Source: Balanoglossus misakiensis
Lineage: Eukaryota; Animalia; Hemichordata
Direction: 5' to 3'
NCBI GenBank assembly: GCA_040954595.2
Contig: CM082584.2
Location: forward strand, 10,138,190 to 10,202,189
Length of the DNA: 64,000 bases
The number at the start of each line of letters is the position of its first letter. The stretch's first letter is position 1. The notes beneath the pieces are model-generated. The model searched no databases and was not told where the DNA came from. It saw nothing but the letters and a program-made list of their open reading frames with translations. The translations under genes were made by a program, and so were the position numbers. Below, piece by piece: positions 11,110-22,137 of this stretch.

Positions 11110-14100
11110 ATGAACCACAATCTGGCAGCAGTGGGTGTGTCAACACTCTTGGTTGTTCTCGTGAGATGGTGCGTGTCTTTGAACTCGTATTCAGGTGAGT
11201 CGCAAAACACAGAGTTCCTCGCGGTTTCCTTTCCGAGTCGGGCTTGATTGGGGGAGGGGCGACGAGTGGGGGACTGCTGGTGATGAAACCAGTTTGATTT
11301 TGCCACATGTACACACTGTCACCGAAACACCAGACGCAACAGCAGCTAATTTCGACCCAACTGGAGCTGCAGCTGATCAGTGGACCAGCTCCAGTAGGCG
11401 ATAGTCTGGATACAGCCCAGCTGCAGTTCAGTAGCTCGAGGTTTTGCGTTGGTTTGTGTGTTAGACACGATTGTGTGTTTGCCTAGCCGTACTTTTTGTG
11501 TGTTTGCAGGAGCTGGCGTTCCTCCAATGTTCGGTGATTTTGAAGCACAGCGACACTGGATGGAGATTACATACAATTTACCCATCAAAGACTGGTAAGA
11601 CATCACTTCATGACTTTGATTATATTGTTGAAATTGTTCATTTGATTTTGACGACATCATTTTGCCACTGAATTGTGTAAGTAATCTTTGTGCAAAGCAT
11701 GAACACAAAAACATGGAAAAGTATGAACTCCTCAAAGAAAAAGAAATGTACCCTGTCATGATGTTCTATAATATTTTAATGTTTATCTGTGTGTGTTGTA
11801 GGTATTTCAACACGACTGATAATGATTTGATGTACTGGGGGTTGGACTACCCACCGCTGACAGCGTATCACAGCTGGATATGTGGATATATGTAAGTACC
11901 AAGTGTATCATCAGTTCACTATCAGAGGATGGTGATTTTGAGACCCAGGCATGGCTGTGGTTAATAATGTTAAAGCTTCACTTTCTCTTGTTGATATTGA
12001 AATGCTTGTAATTCCCATCCATCATTGCAGTGCACATCAGATCAACCCGGACTGGGTGGCTTTGAACGACTCCAGAGGAATTGAAACCCATGAACACAAA
12101 CTCTTCATGAGATACACAGGTAATGTTAATGAGTAGTAGATTGTCATGTGGAGAAATGCATTTTTAATCAATACACCCCTTGCATGCACCTGTTTGTAGA
12201 CAACATCTTGTGGAGAAATCAACTGGAGAGTACATCACCCTTCAGACGTGCAGAATTGAATACTAGTCTTACAACTTCATAGGTAGATTTTAATCCTAAG
12301 TTGTTTCTCCAATTTTTTGTGTGCCATAGTGCTTTTGGCTGATCTCCTGGTGTACATTCCTGCTGTACTGGTGTATTGCTACGTCATCTTGAAAAACCGA
12401 TCTCCGATGTCCAAGTTGCTGGCTGCCACCATCATGCTCCTCTATCCGGGACTGATTCTCATCGACCATGGTCACTTCCAGTATCCTTTATTTACGACCA
12501 GAGAGCAAAGGATGGACGAAGCCTGTACAGAGAGGACCCAATCTTCAATCTCATGCCTCTAATGTACACTGTCATATCTCAGATTCATGTTCATGCATAT
12601 ATAATATACACATGTATTTTCCGTCATGCGGTTCAATCTCAGATACAATTGCGTGAGTCTTGGCTTGGCTCTGTGGGCAGTCATAGGCCTGGCCAGCAAC
12701 CACGATCTGCTGGGCTCTGCAGCGTTTGTCCTGGCATTGAACTACAAACAGATGGAATTGTACCATGCATTGCCGTTCTTTGCGTACCTCCTGGGCAAAT
12801 GTTTCAAGTCGAAGACCGAACACTGGTAAGTCTCGGTCCCATCGTGTCTGTTCATGGCACACGTTACACTGGTAGTTCTAGGACAGACACCCCCTGGTCA
12901 CTCCTGACCTTTAATCATAACTACAAATGTAGTAGATCGGAAATATCAAGGGGGTGACAAGACTGATACTTTTCAGCCTTTAAAGAGACTTGGACAAAGA
13001 CAACCGGTTGCCCTTACTCATCTATTTTTTTTTCTCAAAGGTTGTGGAAGCTGACCAAGATAGGAACAGTTGTCATAGCAACATTTGTTCTCTGCTGGTT
13101 GCCGTTTCTGTCGGACGGTGAAGTTGCTCTCCAGGTCATTCACAGGCTATTTCCGGTAGCTAGAGGAGTCTTTGAGGTATGATATTATTAATATCAGATA
13201 ATCCTTTCTTTTCCTGGAAGCAAAAATGTTCATTCATCTGTACATTCTCATGCTGGCTTTCCCTCTTTTGCAGGACAAAGTCTCCAATTTTTGGTGCACT
13301 CTGTCCATCGTCATCAAGCTGAAAAACAGATTTGCTCCCGAAACGATTCTTGCAATGACGCTGGTGTCGACTCTCGTCGCATTGCTGCCATCATCGTTGC
13401 ATCTGTTCTTCAGGCCAACGATTGAGAATTTCAAGTGTGCTCTGGTAAGTGAAAGTCTAGAACTGTACTAGTCTTTAGTGTAAAATATGTGCAAATCACA
13501 CTATTACTTCCAGTTGTCTCCATTTGCCATTTCAGATCAATTCTTCACTGGTCTTCTTCCTGTTTTCTTACCAAGTGCACGAGAAGAGTATACTCATAGT
13601 CGCCCTGTAAGTACATTGACCCGAATTTCTTCGATCACTTGAGTCCATTCAATGAATATTACCCTTTACAGGTACATGTATAACATTGTAATCTATGTCT
13701 ATCTCTGCTGTGTGTCATTCCACCAACAGACCAGTGTGTGTTCTTCTGCTTGACAAGCCATTTTTCTGTCTCTGGTTCTTAATGCTGTCAACACTGAGGT
13801 GGGTATTTATTTTTAGTCTGACCAAAATCATAAAACACATTTGTTAGGGTTAGGGTTAACCAGAATTTTACAGCAATTTCAATGGAATATTAACTTATAT
13901 TAATCCATGCATCATTTTTCTTGCTTTCACAGTATGTTACCTCTACTCATAAAAGATGGTTTATTTCTGCCGTACGTGGTAACCATGGTTCTATTCTTCA
14001 TCCTTGCTGTCTACATCCTTGAGTGGAAAGCTTGGGAGCTGCCCGCTTTCAAGACACCGCCGCAAATCAAACACATCGGTGACATGTTTACGTTCAATAC

Positions 14101-14517
14101 GGCTGCATTTTTTCAGGCCTGGGTGAGTGTAGCTTCAGTTTGTGTCCATAGAGGGCGCCATGGTGAATTTGGATTTTCGTTTTCATGTATAAAGTCATTT
14201 CGAAATCGATCGCCTAAATGACATGGTTAATATTGCGACTTGTTATTCAACTGATAAGATTAAATAGGTCATCTGTTTGTATACAAATAAACATGAGCTT
14301 TTTTCTCTTGCAGTTCATCGTATCTATGGCTGAAATATGCCTCCTGTCGTTTCTACTTGTGGTGAAGACCCCACCCCCACGTTACCCTGACCTTTGGTCT
14401 GTAGTCATCTCAGCCTTCTGCTGTGCTCATTTTCTGGGCTTTCTTCTCTACTTCCATGCGGTTCAGTTCTTCAACTCATCGCTACAGAAACCCATCGAAG
14501 CCAAGAAAAATAAGTAA
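11110..14517 (+). CDS. ALG6: Dol-P-Glc:Man9GlcNAc2-PP-dolichol alpha-1,3-glucosyltransferase, 12 exons, ~507 aa
   Basis: Exons 11110-11194, 11510-11594, 11802-11891, 12031-12119, 12330-12480, 12643-12825, 13041-13176, 13274-13444, 13536-13606, 13730-13798, 13933-14122, 14314-14517 (1524 nt). Hallmarks: [84 protein letters not shown] and C-terminal KKNK (KKxx ER retrieval). Confidence 0.96.
12481..12642 (+). other. Putative U12-type (minor spliceosome) GT-AG intron in ALG6
   Basis: 5' end is GTATCCTTT, an exact match to the U12 donor consensus. Splicing it restores the conserved HGHFQ|YNC. Only a weak branch-site candidate (TTTCCGTCAT) is present near the AG. Confidence 0.75.
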
Positions 14518-15042
14518 CTGGTCACAACAAGCAAGAATGCAGTGTATTGACATACAAATCAAATTTTATACTTAGAAATTTATTTCTAAAGAAATGTAAT
14601 TTAAAAGCTAAATATATTTTATGATTATAGATCTGTAATAGTTACAGATCGGTTCTGGAATGAAAAAACCTTGCCAACATTCAGTATTTTATAATACTCT
14701 GCAGAAGACAGTAATTATATATGAGATGATTTGAAAATAAATATATGTCTACCACTAAATGAATTTTATCTTTTTTTTATTTTTATTGAAAAAAACATAA
14801 AAGACAATACCATAAACATCTTTAAAATGCCACTGTCACCGTGCTAGGGTGACGTCATCAACATAAAATTCAGGAGCGACGCTTCTGTTGGCATACATAC
14901 TGAACAAACCCACCGTGTAGAATTCTGTATTTTCACCAGTTAAAGTCAATATGTGTTCGAAGCCTAACATCTGTGCATGCGAAGGCAAAGATAACTTCAT
15001 GCCAACGGTAGCGACGCACTCCTACCGCAAACAATCGTTGAA

Positions 15043-15924
15043 ATGCCGATCTCGTCGAGCAAGGCCCGTCTCACCAAATCTTTAGAACGCGTACCGAAGA
15101 AACGGCGCGTCGACACCCAACGGGTGCGATTCAACGCGGAGCGGGAAGACAGACAACGGATCGAGGAAAGTTGCATCGAAGTCGTGGAGGAAGAAGGGGA
15201 CCAATCTAACGATGATACGGTAAAGCCTTCAAATTTCTCAACAGTTCTGAGTAATGTGACCGGGTTCCCTGATATTACCCATCTATCGCATTTCTCTTCC
15301 TTCAGCCCGAGGATTCCGAAGAAGTACCCGAGTCGCCTCCGGACTCCACCGAAGACACCAGCAACGTTGATGCGAATAAACATTGCTTGTCGGAGGAAAC
15401 GTTGAACCTGGAAGGGCTGAGAAAGAAGTGGATGTGTGTTGCGTACGTGTTATGTGTGACAGGGCTACTCAGCGGGTGTTTTATCGTTGGATTGGTAGTC
15501 AGATTGAGCTTTGACGAAAAACTGAACGGTAAGTGAAAGATGTCGACATTCTTGATGTCACCTACTCTCTCTTCTCTCTCTCTCATTTGGCGGTAGATTC
15601 ATCATCTCCCATTCGATATTTTTGATGAAAATGTTAATCTCTTTCATTTCTTATACAGAAGCATACGCGAATCTGTCTGACTGTAAAAACATCTTGAGGG
15701 CGTGTCGGGGTACGCTGCAGCGATACGCAGACGTCTACGGTTCTCTAGATCAGAAGAGTAGTTGTAGGAACTATGTATACCACAACTGTGACGTCACCAA
15801 TGACACGGCGATAGAATGCTACGATTTTAACATTTACGTCGATGGTGAGGTGCCCTGCGTTCGACCGGACAATGAGACAATATCGTGTGGAGATGTATTT
15901 AATGTGACGACAAAGTGTCTGTGA
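15043..15924 (+). CDS. Uncharacterised type II membrane protein A with 8-Cys ectodomain (~221 aa, 3 exons)
   Basis: Exons 15043-15219, 15306-15528, 15659-15924 (GT-AG, phases 0 and 1, 666 nt). Charged N-tail, TM segment WMCVAYVLCVTGLLSGCFIVGLVV, then a Cys-rich C-terminus with NxS/T sites. AATAAA at ~16022. Paralogous to the next gene. Confidence 0.75.
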
Positions 15925-16512
15925 CTTCTAGCGTGATACAAACTTAATCTTCTCTGTGATTCATGGTAGACTTTCAAATACAGCTTGGTGTGCGCTACGA
16001 CATGTAGATTTTGAAAAGTCAAATAAAACTGCTTTCCTTACTCAGTTAACCCTCTGGTGCCCGTGTCCGCGTGTCTGTTTTTTTTTTTGCACACAATTCA
16101 AACATGTTTGCTTTGAAAGTTAATCTCTATGTGGTCTCCAAATATGAGAAATGGGTTTATGATGGCGAGAAAACAATTTTTGGTAGAAGGCAATACCGCA
16201 TGCCTCGCAGAAGTACACATTGCCTATAAATTATTCACGCTTTGACGCCATACCATCATATTTGAAGTCATGTTATGCTAGAACCAATAAATATTGACTC
16301 TTCTCTGGGCGGAAAATAATACAAAGGCCACGCGTTGAGAGCGCAGATGGTAAACTTCGCGTGGCACGGTTGCTGGTCTGTTGTATTTACTCCGCAAACT
16401 GCGAATGGAGTCCGCCTGCTCTTTTTTCTTTCATGTGTCAGACGCGAATTGAACGTCCGTGTTTCGTGGAATGCAATTCAAGCTCGCTCCTCTCGAGGCC
16501 GACACCAGCAAC

Positions 16513-17637
16513 ATGAGTGAGACACCCGGCAAAGAAACGCAAAGACTTCTTCAGGTAGGTTGCAAAATGTCGCAGCAAGATTTGTTGCTCTTTTTTCATG
16601 CCTATATAGTAACCACGTTCGTTCATATTTAGAGATCATGCGTCCATTACTGTTGTAGAACTGGTATACTTTCTCCCTGTATCGTTCAATGACGAAGCCT
16701 ATTTCTGTGACATAATCACCGGTGTACATATTAAAAGTCAAATGAGGCTGAGAAGTCTGAATATGCAAATTTACACGTGGTTCCAAAAGAAGGGCCAATT
16801 CTAATTTGTTGAAGGATTTTTTGCAGAGTGCATGGCCCAAAATATGTAGCGTTGAGTACAACTCAACTTCTAGCCAGTTCTTGGCTGATAAATAAATCGT
16901 TCACAGAAACCCGGACCCAACACTACCAACCGGGACAAAGACAAGGTTTCATCGGCCAACCAAGACACTGCCGAGAATCACCGCGAGACAGCCGCATCCA
17001 TCGAAGAAAAATGGCAGAACATAGGATTCGTTTTGTTTATAGTGGGCTTTCTGATTGGCAGCGTTTTGGCTGGCATTGTTCTCGGGTTGTCCCTGAGCTA
17101 CAATATTGCAGGTTTGTATACCGTACGTACCTGGCGTCCATGTTTTTCTCTCGAAAGGACCACGTGCAAAGGACCACCTGTTTGATGAGCGGATTGCGCC
17201 CCCTGTGGCATGATCATCGTGGCATTTTGTTTTTATCTATGTAAGAAGTTTACACCGCCACAGGCAAAACAAATTCACCCCCCCCCCCCACCCGACTAGT
17301 ATTGTTCGGGTTCTAATGATTTCTCGTTTACGTTGTTCCATGAATGTTTCCAGGAATGGACGAGAGGAGAGCCGAATGCGAGCACTATAACAGTATGTGC
17401 CTACAACAGCTGGCCGATTACGGCGACCTCTACGGGCCAGCTTTCCCCGGTAACCGTTGCCATAACTACGTTCTGGAAAACTGCGAAATCGTCGACTCAA
17501 TCTCGGTAACCTGTACGAATTTCGACATAACGTTGGCGGATCACAGGCAGTGTTACCGTGGCAACTTGAACCAGACGATCGAGTGCAGTGGCGCGTACGT
17601 CATCAAGACCGCCTGTCCCCCGCCTGATTGGTGGTAA
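16513..17637 (+). CDS. Uncharacterised type II membrane protein B with 8-Cys ectodomain (~176 aa, 3 exons)
   Basis: Exons 16513-16554, 16907-17111, 17354-17637 (phases 0 and 1, 531 nt). N-terminus MSETPGKETQRLLQ, TM segment IGFVLFIVGFLIGSVLAGIVLGLSL, ectodomain with essentially the same Cys spacing as gene A. AATAAA at ~17687. Confidence 0.78.
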
Positions 17638-18366
17638 TTGCAGAGGCAACCCCCAAAACGAACGCCATCTTGCCACATTCGTCATGAATAAATCTGTATT
17701 TTGTTTTTAAAAGTTTCCTTTATATAAGTCAAAAACACATGTACACGGGTTCAACCAAGGGGGATTTTGATCCTCCCATGCCCTGAGGGAAGGTCATTCG
17801 TTACACCCGCAACACACAGAAATACATACGACAAGTCAACAAACAAAAATGGAATTAGAATAGTATATACACATGATATACACATGGGCAACAGATAAAG
17901 TGGACGGTAGCGGAGCGTGTGTAAACTTCTCTGGAGGGATTTTGCAAACTGTATTGTTCGTTCCGACAGGGTTCCACCACGTTGTCTTTCACTTCAAATT
18001 GGACTTCGCGGAGTGACACCGAAATTTATACTTTCGCTTCCTGGTGTGTTTCATCCTGCAAAAGAACCATAACAGGCACACGTTCCGTCGTCAATGAACC
18101 ATTTTGCAACCTCCACGAGACCCAGCGAGATCTCGTGTGGCTAGGCAGCTCATATGGGAGAACAACACGTGGCCAATCGTGTATAACAGCACGACAATCT
18201 ATTTTGCTGAGCTCTGCACCTATTCTAGTTTCATACAAAGTCTGACTTGTAGTACTTGGCTATCAACCCGTTGCTACGGTAATCAACCAAGTCTCACGAA
18301 ATCACGCAATCGACGGAAAATTATCCGACGAAAAGCAGATAAGTACAAGATCGATATAACGTAAGT

Positions 18367-21300
18367 TTATATTACCGCTATTACAACGTCTTCGCCCGTG
18401 ACGAAGGACAGCTCTTTGGCTTCCTGATTTTCGCCCATCGTTTCATTTGTCGATTGGGGAGTGATGTCTTCGTTGTCAGGACGACTGCCGGTCTCTACGT
18501 CGTCGGCCTTGCCATTAGAGGGCTTTTCTTCGGAAGCGTTGCTATTGCCACTTGCAGGCGATGTCTTTAACTGTGTGTTTCTGAATGAATAAATAAATGA
18601 AACAATGGATGAATGAATCAAGGGAGGAAGGAAGGAAGGGGGGAGGCATGAACGATTGAAATACTCAGTTAAATAATTAAATAAAGCATACCTATACTTC
18701 CAATAATACCAGCCGCCGACGCCTATAGCTGCCCCAGCTCCAAGTATCCCAATGCACATCAAGAATATTGCCCATCCGAGAACTTCAGACCCCGCTTCCT
18801 GTGGCGGCATCTCCACAGTCTTGGTGCTGACGATGCTGTAGCCGAGCCTGGCTTCAAGCTCTTCGCTGTACTCGGCCAGCATACTGAGCAACGATTCGCT
18901 GTCCATAAGAACGCCCTCTTGTGCCGGGTGCTCGATGTAAAATACCACCACTGTATTGGTGGCGTTTGTACAGTCATACTCGGAAGATGCGTCGGCACAT
19001 GAACTGGAATAGTACACTATGACGTCATCAGAACTGTTAATAAATGAAATAGAGACCCCTATTCGATACGTTGACGATACATTACCACAGCGAGAGAACT
19101 GATTAATATCATGAATGTTTTGCGATAAACACAAATGAGGGAACATTTAAATGATTTGATGAGCGTTCTAACTTCTTTCCCTTTCATCTTGTATTTCAGA
19201 ACTTACGTTACATTCACTTGTGTTGCATTCTCGTCATGAGAGATGTAACAAGAATCCCAAGTTTCATTGTCACGACAGAACACGTTGGCTGTGATAGCTA
19301 TGGCCGCCTTGAATTCATCCTCGTCCCACTGCCAAAAAACAATAAATGATTGGTGGACAGACAGACAGACCGACAGACAGACAAACAAAAAAACAGAAAG
19401 ATAATTACAAAAGGCGAAACCAATTGTTTTTAGACAATGGACACGTAAAATCGATGTTATGATAAAAGAAAATATGTTAACGAATATAGAGAACATAAAT
19501 TTACTACATGTACAGCTAAACAGCATTATGCACCTCATCATACACGACTCCTAGTTCCACGATGACGCCCCCTTCTGTTACTTCAGGTGGTAGTGTTACC
19601 GGTGGTGCGGTACCTGTTGTCGAGTTGTCGGACAGACTCTCTGTTGTCGAAGAAACCGTACGGTCATATTCTGTTGTGGCTTCTTCCGTTGCATTTGAAG
19701 TCACTTCGGTGGGGGCAGAATTGTCGGTTGATTCTTCGTCGGTTACATCGGTTAAAGTGATCGGTGTGTGTGGTGTTGTACTGAACGCGGAGGTAGACGC
19801 GGGATCGTCTGTCCAAGTCGGTGAAGAGGTCGGGGAGTCTGCAGTGGTACTCTCCTTGGTTACATGGGTCGTGGTAACTTGAACGTCACTTGTTGATGGC
19901 GCAGCCGTAGTAGTGGAGTCGGGAGCTGTCGTCTTTTCGACGGTCCTTGTGTCGATTGTCAACGATGGTGGCGGTGTCACCCCTGCAGTTGTGGTTGTTT
20001 CTTCTGTTGTTTTGGTTTGGGGCGTGGTCCCTTCAGGCGTGGTTGGTTCTTCTGTTGTTGTGGTCGTTGTTGTTTGGGGCGTGGTCACTTCCGTCGTGGA
20101 GGCAAAGCTTGTTGTCAACTCCGGTGAGGTTGTCTCCTCCGCAGTTGTTGATTCTTCCGTTGTGGTGGTTTGGGTCGTTGTATCTCCAGTTGTCGTTTCT
20201 TCTGTCGTGGCGATGGTTTCAGCTGTTGACTCTTCGGGCGAACTTCGCACATAAGTTGTCGTCGGAAATTCGGAAGTTGTCGGGTAGGTCGAACTGGTGT
20301 CGAAAAAATCTGTGTACTCGGTGCTGGAGTAATAGTAGGTACTACTATAATAAGCAGCTGTCCAAAAATAAGGATACGGCGCAACGTCAGATAAAACGCA
20401 ACATCGCATGAAAATATTAATTAGCCCTCCTTAATGCAATTACAAAAAAACAACGTTTAATATTGTACTGGGTACTGAAAACGACCATTAATCACAGGAA
20501 AAGGAACATTTGTGAAACTAGAAGGTCAACACTCCAATCAGACAGTTAATCAGTCGCCAACTTTTTTTACATACACTGGCTTTGGAAATATTGGTTTCAT
20601 TTACATTATGTGCAGTTTTGAAAATTTCTATTTCATTTTAACAAGTTCGGTCTTCCTGCTTCCGAGATGATAAGAAAGAACTCCGAATATTTTCACGTGA
20701 CGTTTAATTGCAGCACGCGTCCAACAACCACCTGCTTCACGATTGATGGCGAGGCCACAACCCCCCCCCCCCCCCTTACATAAGTCAACAGCCGTAGCGT
20801 TACGTTGGCCCCGATATATATTTTTAAAGGGGGTTATACAAATACCATTTGCCGAGGTACTTGGAAATACTAGAAATACCGAGAAAAGCGTTCGGAGATA
20901 ATCAAGCAGTTTGGTTAATCAACAATCAAGTGACGTGGTCCTGTAGCAATTATTCACATGCAAAACTCGATGTTCTTTGTTTTTAAAAGAAGATATGATA
21001 TTTTATCAGTATCTTCGTGTAAAACGGTTATCTGACGCAGGTGGCAACGTCCTACGTGTCCATGGGATGAGGGTAGCGATTCGCCTATCCTAGCCCCCCC
21101 CCCCCGCCACGTTGCTGCACCAGCCAACTAAGGGAGTGGCTCTTGACTGTGTCACCCTGTTTGAGAATCTGACACGAATGCGCCGATAGAAGCTGGACTT
21201 CGTCACAGTGATGGCGGACAGAAACGAAAGGGGACAATATCAGAGATCGCCCGTATCGCATGGGCTGTGAGAGTCAGAGAGCTCAGTTAGGGAAACAGGG

Positions 21301-22137
21301 TGGTTAAACACAGCCCGGACAATTTTCATGTGGGGTGCTCCGTGTGCAGCTGTCCATATCAAACAAACACACAAAATGAAACTGATCATGGTCAAACTAT
21401 CCTTTCATTATCCAACCGAAAATCTCGAGAGAATGAAATGTGTTGTATAAACAAAATCCGAGAAAAACTGGAAGTAAAGTGGGAATCATTGTGTAATTTT
21501 GGGTAAGCGAAATATTGACCGGAATTAGTGTGAATGGACTTCTGGAATGACAGAGAATTTAGTTACAATCGGCCACCTTTAGTATCTCAACAGATAAACG
21601 GGGTTAAATTCCGTTCCTACGGTAACCATCCAAACAGCTATCGTGGCCATAAATAACGTTGAATGTCCAGTGCAAACAACCAAAACCATCCGAAAAAGAA
21701 GCTCGATCGTCAAAACTTCGAAAACGCTACTTTATAGGAAATACGGATGTGTGGTACACAGCACTTTCGAAAGTTGGCGAGCTTACCATACGGTGGCACC
21801 TTACAAGTCACTTGAATTTATTCTGGCACCTGTGTGCGTATAGTCACTTCGAGAGAGACATAGCGCGCTTACTATAGCTGCAGATTCTTCCGCGGGATTA
21901 AGCTAAATGATCGCTGGAATAACTTGTAACAAACTTTCAATTATGAACAAAATTACCCCCTGCACTTTGGATAAGACCACTTTTCTTTCGGTTGAGTGTT
22001 TGTCACGTGACGAAAGAAAATAAGCGTGACTGACCGAAAAATCGAGCCTCATACTTACTGCTGGTCTGACCATGACAGGTGACGACAATGGCCACTGAAA
22101 ACATCACATGTAGACTCTTAGAGAACAACCACGCCAT
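18367..22137 (-). CDS. Type I transmembrane sialomucin (signal peptide, Thr/Ser-rich mucin domain, small Cys-containing domain, TM, cytoplasmic tail), ~526 aa
   Basis: Exons 22137-22059 (signal peptide MAWLFSKSLHVMFSVAIVVTCHG), 20357-19534 (T/S/E/P-rich), 19328-19207, 19033-18692 (TM VLGWAIFLMCIGILGAGAAIGVGGWYYW followed by KYR), 18580-18367; phases are compatible, 1581 nt. Confidence 0.82.

Noticed and set aside
13843-13860. TTAGGG telomere-like repeat in an ALG6 intron
   Set aside because: Only about two and a half units; not a meaningful interstitial telomere.
20368-20378. GTATCCTT on the - strand (and ATATCCTT at ~61603 on the + strand) as further U12 donors
   Set aside because: Both lie inside introns that already have canonical U2 donors giving correct reading frames.
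19562-20411. Val-rich + strand ORFs
   Set aside because: Antisense shadows of the Thr-rich mucin exon.
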